64,000 bases of DNA, from positions 145,527 through 209,526 of the forward strand of contig JAYTSD010000020.1 of the NCBI GenBank assembly GCA_043745805.1. Direction: 5' to 3'. This DNA comes from Fibrobacteria bacterium (GTDB taxonomy: Bacteria > Fibrobacterota > Fibrobacteria > UBA11236). Numbering within the stretch: the first letter of the stretch is position 1; every line of letters starts with the position of its first letter. The translations under genes were made by a program, and so were the position numbers. The notes below the pieces were generated by a model that had not been told where the DNA came from, searched no databases, and saw only the letters and a list, made by a program, of their open reading frames with translations. Below are positions 59,156 to 64,000 of this stretch, piece after piece.

Positions 59156-60250
59156 TTGGGGAGAAGTGCAACTCTTCTCTTTATTGTGTTTTTGTTACCG
59201 CTCTACGCTCAATTGACCGTGCAATCCCTACCCAATCTTACTTATGCCACAGTGGGAACTAAGGTTTTGCAATTGGATCTTTATTTGCCAAAAGGTGCTA
59301 CTAATAAAACACCCGTAGTTATGTGGATACATGGTGGGGCTTGGAGTACTACTACTAATATCACTAAAAATAATATTGGACATATTACTTCAGTATTAGT
59401 TCCTCGTGGCATTGCGGTAGCCAGCATTAATTATCGCTTGAGCGAAGAGGCCAAATGGCCTGCGCAAATTCAAGATTGCAAAGGCGCGGTACGCTGGTTG
59501 CGCGCCAATGCGACTCAGTATAATTTAGACACCTTAATTGGGGCTTGGGGTGAATCGGCTGGCGGTCATCTAGCAGCGATTTTGGGGACCGCAGGCAGCG
59601 TTGGAAGCTTTACTTCGGGAGCATATGCGGCCGATCTTGAAGGTAACGTTGGTGGTAACAGTACTTTTTCCAGTTCTATTCAAGCCGTGGTTGATTATTT
59701 TGGACCCAGTGATTTTTTTCGTAGCGCCCAAGGGGTAGTGAAATTTAGTTGGGATGTTAATTCAGCTACGTTTCCTCCAAACATGTTAATCGGTGGTTTG
59801 GTATTACAGAATATTGATAAAGACAAATCGGCGAGTTCACTTACTTTTGTGGATCCTAAAGACCCTCCCTTTATGATTTTCCATGGTACGGCGGACGATC
59901 AAGTGCTTATTGAGCAGAGTAAATTTTTGGATTCGACTTTAAAGAAAAGTGCAGTGCCTTGCAGTCTAGTCATACTTGCCGGAGCAGGACATTCTGCTGG
60001 TGCATTTTGGGCAGCCGGTATTACTAAGCAGGTCAGTGACTTTTTCCTCAAAAATTTAAAGCCGGCTGTGATAGGAATAATGCCAAAAAAAGGTTCTGGC
60101 AAGGTGTTTAAATCTAAGAGTCGCATAATCTCTTCTAAATTATCTAATCTCTCTTTTACGGCGCAGGATGGCTTTAAATACAATGTGCAAGGACAGCGAC
60201 CTATAGATGATTTACTCAACCTATCAGCTGGGGTTAAATCGGCCCCATAG
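59156..60250 (+). CDS. Secreted alpha/beta-hydrolase esterase (BD-FAE/carbohydrate esterase-like)
   Basis: LDLYLP, WIHGGAW, INYRLS, GESAGGHLA (nucleophile), FHGTADDQV and GAGH motifs. Confidence 0.9.
   Translation: MGRSATLLFIVFLLPLYAQLTVQSLPNLTYATVGTKVLQLDLYLPKGATNKTPVVMWIHGGAWSTTTNITKNNIGHITSVLVPRGIAVASINYRLSEEAKWPAQIQDCKGAVRWLRANATQYNLDTLIGAWGESAGGHLAAILGTAGSVGSFTSGAYAADLEGNVGGNSTFSSSIQAVVDYFGPSDFFRSAQGVVKFSWDVNSATFPPNMLIGGLVLQNIDKDKSASSLTFVDPKDPPFMIFHGTADDQVLIEQSKFLDSTLKKSAVPCSLVILAGAGHSAGAFWAAGITKQVSDFFLKNLKPAVIGIMPKKGSGKVFKSKSRIISSKLSNLSFTAQDGFKYNVQGQRPIDDLLNLSAGVKSAP
60229..60247. promoter_or_regulatory. Weaker fifth copy of the 19-bp palindrome
   Basis: tggggttaaatcggcccca at the 3' end of the esterase gene, about 140 bp upstream of 60385. 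Confidence 0.35.
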
Positions 60251-60384
60251 GGCCTGCCATTCTCCTAAGCTTAAAGCTTGGGCCTAACTAGATTAGCCTG
60301 CACATTGGGCTTTTTACTGTGAAAATCAGAAACTAGTTTGAAAATAACTGGGTGATTAAATTAAACATTGATTGAGAAGGATTC

Positions 60385-62730
60385 ATGCTTATGTCGATAG
60401 GAAAAATTTTAATAGCTGCTTTTTTAAGCGCTGGCCTTTTGGTTTCGGGAGCAAATGCTTTTACCGGCAATGTTACGGGAACACTTACTGCTGCAAATAA
60501 TAGTTGGACAGGTACTATTAATGTTACGGGTAATGTCATAGTTCCTGCTGGAATGACTTTAACAATTGCTGCGGGAACAAAAATCAAGGCAATTACCAAT
60601 CAAGCCAATCCAAAAGCGTCCATTACAGCCAGTGGTCCAATTACAGCTGTGGGAAGTGCCGCGCAATTTATCGATTTTTATGAAGTCGCCGTAGTATTAA
60701 ACAATTCAGGTGCCACACAGCATGATTTAGAATTTTGCTCAATGTATGTTTCACCTAATGATGCCATCACTATTACTAATGCGAGTGCAAAATTATCGCA
60801 TATTTTAATTCAGAAGTTTTTAAATAATGGAATTAACATTTCTGGAGCGACTTCCGTAGTTGCTCTTGATTTTGCTACCATCGGCGCTAAAGACAGATTA
60901 TTTGGTGGCAATAATGCCATCTCGGTTAATATTGCTGGCGGAGCGGATCAAGCTAATATTGATATTTCGAATTCCATTTTGGGTTTTGAAAATAAAGCTA
61001 TAGAAACCGGTTTATCGATAAAAACCGCTGGTGGAGCGGCTGCTACGAGCACAACCGTTAAAGTAAACTATACGCTAATCACTGGAACACGAGTAGGCAT
61101 GGGTGCTGGCGAATTAGGTAACATTACCGGTACGGAACCCGATGTAAGAGATATTCCCAATTTGGATTATCATCTTTGGCCATATTCTTCAGCTATTAAT
61201 GCGGGTAACCCTGCTTCCCCATTTGCTAATGAACCTGCTCCCAATGGTGGCCGTGTAGATATGGGCTGTTATGGCAATACTGCTGATGCCACTCCTTTTC
61301 AATTCGCAGTTTCTAAGCCCAATGGGGGCGACTCATTAACTCCAGGTGCTGCGACAACTATTACATGGCAAGGTGGAAAATTTCTCGGTGCTAAAAAATT
61401 GGATTTGTCTATCGATAGCGGTAAAACTTGGCAGCCAATTATAGCCTCTACCGATGTAGCTGGTGCAGGCACTTATGCTTGGACTGTTCCTACAGTAAAA
61501 TCACCCAATTGCTTGGTTCGCATTGCTACGCTAGCGGGTGAAGGTACGGATATGAGTGATTTAGTATTTACCATTGGTGATACCGTATCAAAATCAGGTA
61601 ATAGCTGTGCATCTCTCGTAAATCCTAAAGCTTTTCGTTGCATCCCTTTCGCAGGATATAGAGACGGTCAATCTCCAGGCGCTGCAGAACCTTCTATGGC
61701 TGAAGTTAAGGCTGAATTACTGAATATAAAACCCTATACCAATGAAATTCGTACTTATGGATCAGGTAAAGGAACCCATGGCAACTTTTTACCCGCCATG
61801 TGTGATACCTTGGGTATGAAAATCCACATGGGTATTTGGGTCGATAATAGTTATTCCGATCCACAAAATCAGGTTTCTATTTTAGAAGGTATTCGTTTAG
61901 CAAATGAAGGTCACCCTTCGATTCGAACCGTTATTGTGGGCAATGAATTTTTATTGCGCGTACGCGCAGCGCATGGCGATGAAGCAGCAGCCGAAGCAAA
62001 ATTAGTGGGATATATAAAACAAGTGCGTGCGGGCATACCCGCAAGTTTAGGTATTGTAGTTGGAACGGGAGAATCCTATCCCGATTGGTTAGCGGCTAGT
62101 GATGAACTGATTAAAGCTGTAGATAGAGTGATTTGGCATGTACATCCTTGGTGGGAAGGCAAATCCGCTGAAACCGCAGGAAATTATGCCTATACAGTTT
62201 ATTTAAAAATGAAAGCCCGCGTAGCTAAAGTATCAGCTAATAAGCCTATGGTAATAGGCGAAACAGGTTACCCTACGGCGGCAACCACTGGAGCCGCCAT
62301 TGGTAGTGAAGTCAATCAAGCCCGTTATTTAAAAGACTTGCATGCTTGGGCGAGAAAAGAAGGCTTGGATTATTGGTTCTTTTCCAGTGCAGATGAAAAA
62401 TGGAAAAATGGGGAAGGGGCCGTGGGTGCGCATTGGGGTATGTTTAATGCAGATAGAACGCCTAAATACACAATTACTCATCTGAACGAATTAATTCAAC
62501 CTTGTGCCTATTGGAGCAATGAACCCGTTGGCATAATTAAAAAAGAAATCAAAGGTCATCATGCCTTAGGAAATAATCAAAAGAGCTTTGCTATATACAA
62601 TTTACAAGGTCGTTTGCTGGTGGGGCCGTCTGCAAATAATGTTCAAATTATTATGGACTTTCCTTTGCAATTAGAAAACGGAAAGAAGCCCGCGCAAGGG
62701 ATTTACTTGCAGGATACCCGTAACAAGTAA
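60385..62730 (+). CDS. Secreted modular GH17-like beta-1,3-glucanase/transglycosylase with N-terminal beta-helix and Ig-like domain
   Basis: IRTYG, IVGNEFL, VIGETGYP and HWGMFNADR motifs. Upstream are SSAINAGNP...NGGRVDMGCYG and VSKPNGGDSL...ITW segments. Confidence 0.82.
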   Translation: MLMSIGKILIAAFLSAGLLVSGANAFTGNVTGTLTAANNSWTGTINVTGNVIVPAGMTLTIAAGTKIKAITNQANPKASITASGPITAVGSAAQFIDFYEVAVVLNNSGATQHDLEFCSMYVSPNDAITITNASAKLSHILIQKFLNNGINISGATSVVALDFATIGAKDRLFGGNNAISVNIAGGADQANIDISNSILGFENKAIETGLSIKTAGGAAATSTTVKVNYTLITGTRVGMGAGELGNITGTEPDVRDIPNLDYHLWPYSSAINAGNPASPFANEPAPNGGRVDMGCYGNTADATPFQFAVSKPNGGDSLTPGAATTITWQGGKFLGAKKLDLSIDSGKTWQPIIASTDVAGAGTYAWTVPTVKSPNCLVRIATLAGEGTDMSDLVFTIGDTVSKSGNSCASLVNPKAFRCIPFAGYRDGQSPGAAEPSMAEVKAELLNIKPYTNEIRTYGSGKGTHGNFLPAMCDTLGMKIHMGIWVDNSYSDPQNQVSILEGIRLANEGHPSIRTVIVGNEFLLRVRAAHGDEAAAEAKLVGYIKQVRAGIPASLGIVVGTGESYPDWLAASDELIKAVDRVIWHVHPWWEGKSAETAGNYAYTVYLKMKARVAKVSANKPMVIGETGYPTAATTGAAIGSEVNQARYLKDLHAWARKEGLDYWFFSSADEKWKNGEGAVGAHWGMFNADRTPKYTITHLNELIQPCAYWSNEPVGIIKKEIKGHHALGNNQKSFAIYNLQGRLLVGPSANNVQIIMDFPLQLENGKKPAQGIYLQDTRNK

Positions 62731-62751
62731 AATATTTCTTTATTAAGATGC

Positions 62752-62781
62752 AATGGGCAGCTTTTAAAGCTGCCCATTTTT
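62752..62781. terminator. Intrinsic terminator between convergent genes
   Basis: aatgggcagcttt-t-aaagctgcccattttt. Confidence 0.8.
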
Positions 62782-62871
62782 ATGCAAACATTAAAAACCC
62801 CACCAGCAAAGCCAGTGGGTTGGTAAAATCAATAAAACATAAACCGAACTGTGGTTTAAATAACCCTTGGT

Positions 62872-64000
62872 TTATTCTCTTATAATTTTAGAAGTAAAGT
62901 TTCCTTTTTCTGTTTTAACCTGGATGAAATAAATTCCGGAGTTTTTGATTTCATTAAAATTATATTGCGCCGCATTAATTCCAGCATACTCCGCGATGGT
63001 TTGACCAGACAAGTTACGTATGGTTACCGAGTGGGAACCGCTTTTTGTGAAACTAATAAATCCATTAGTGATATTGATGCCATTATTAATCGGGTTATTT
63101 TTGTTCACCGTGGTTACAAAGTTGGGATCCGAACAAGTGCCGGTATATTCGATTTTGAGAATACCTGTTTCAGGGCTAGTTGTCCGGTATCCGGCATAAT
63201 TTGCGAGGTAAAATGCTCCGTCAGGACCTACTTGGAAATCTAAAGGCTTATTGACTTTGGGAGTCAATTTGGCAAAAACCATTGAGCGCGCGGTTATAGT
63301 CGCACCCTTAGCATCCAAGGTTAAGGCTTCGACATAGTTTTTGCTAAAATCGGTCACAAACCAAATGCCATTAAAATGCGGTGGCATTCTTCCGGCATAA
63401 GTGCTTTTGGGATTATAGTAGTAGATTGGCCCAGTGATGGCGCATGCTTGAGGAGTAGCATTGGTGGCTGGAATAGCGTCTGGTAAAACAGCTAGGCCAG
63501 TACCACTTCCCGCCGGTGCAGCACCGCCTTGAGCTCCAGAAAATTGTGGATAGCCCCCATTCATAGGCTTAGTAGTAAAATCATGCTCATCACCATTACC
63601 TTTTCCGTCTGGACCAACATCACCCCATGTCATGCCGTGTCGGCCTATATCTAAAGTTAAGGAATAGGGGTTTCTTGCTCCCATCACATAAATTTCGGGT
63701 AAGGTTTTTGCAGTTCCCGCGGGAAATAAATTTCCTGTAGGAATAGTATAACCACCGTCGGGAGTTGGCTTGATGCGTAAAATTTTGCCTCTTAAATCCA
63801 TGGTATTTGAGGAAGGTGAACCAATATTATTTTCGCCTACCGTAATCCATAAGTAACCTTCATTGTCAAATTGCATCGCCCCGCCTGTATGCACGCTTCC
63901 TACATTTTCTTTGATATGAATCATTATTTTTTCAGAAGTCATATCAATTTTATCATTGACCAAAGTAAAGCGAGAAATTTTATAGTCGGTATTGCTATAA
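62872..64000 (-). CDS. Secreted PQQ-dependent sugar dehydrogenase-like protein with C-terminal sorting-like domain (5' end off the window)
   Basis: HTGGAMQFD.EGYLWITVGEN, DLRGKILRI, MGARNPY, WGDVGPD and GPDGAFY motifs; tail RNLSGQ...SGIYFIQV...KII. The frame stays open to the window edge. Confidence 0.85.
   Translation of the reverse strand, partial: YSNTDYKISRFTLVNDKIDMTSEKIMIHIKENVGSVHTGGAMQFDNEGYLWITVGENNIGSPSSNTMDLRGKILRIKPTPDGGYTIPTGNLFPAGTAKTLPEIYVMGARNPYSLTLDIGRHGMTWGDVGPDGKGNGDEHDFTTKPMNGGYPQFSGAQGGAAPAGSGTGLAVLPDAIPATNATPQACAITGPIYYYNPKSTYAGRMPPHFNGIWFVTDFSKNYVEALTLDAKGATITARSMVFAKLTPKVNKPLDFQVGPDGAFYLANYAGYRTTSPETGILKIEYTGTCSDPNFVTTVNKNNPINNGINITNGFISFTKSGSHSVTIRNLSGQTIAEYAGINAAQYNFNEIKNSGIYFIQVKTEKGNFTSKIIRE

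Noticed and set aside
62790-62870. Possible structured RNA between the GH17 terminator and the last gene
   Set aside because: Only a weak cccac/gtggg pairing is visible, with no recognisable ncRNA motif.

Overview
This is a 64 kb bacterial chromosomal segment, AT-rich and gene-dense. It most likely comes from a Fibrobacterota-like organism, inferred from two TIGR02147-type proteins, many secreted glycan-related proteins with Por/T9SS-like sorting domains, and a type IV pilin. Housekeeping content comprises an iron/cobalamin-type ABC importer, polA-coaE-pgsA, a PfkB nucleoside kinase, guaB, metK-ahcY and a partial nuoA-I operon. Between guaB and metK lies a repeat-bounded accessory patch: a sigma54-type pilin gene, an IS481 remnant, a deleted YhcG-like nuclease and an orphan antitoxin. 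The right two thirds hold many secreted modular enzymes: three PQQ-type sugar dehydrogenases (two are tandem paralogs with swapped binding modules), two tandem di-heme oxidoreductases, GH26, GH17 and another clan GH-A hydrolase, a Cip1-like protein and an esterase. Four observations stand out. (1) A 19-bp imperfect palindrome lies upstream of both dehydrogenase paralogs and both di-heme paralogs, with a weaker copy before the GH17 gene and the best copy beside a divergent TIGR02147 gene; this suggests a co-regulated extracellular sugar-oxidation/electron-transfer system. (2) Intergenic REP-like hairpins are inserted in frame in the PolA interdomain linker. (3) A sorting-domain-like module is nested near the N-terminus of three secreted proteins. 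(4) PgsA is fused to a degenerate second copy of its own domain. I recognised no rRNA, tRNA or CRISPR array. All family assignments come from motif recognition by eye, not database searches.
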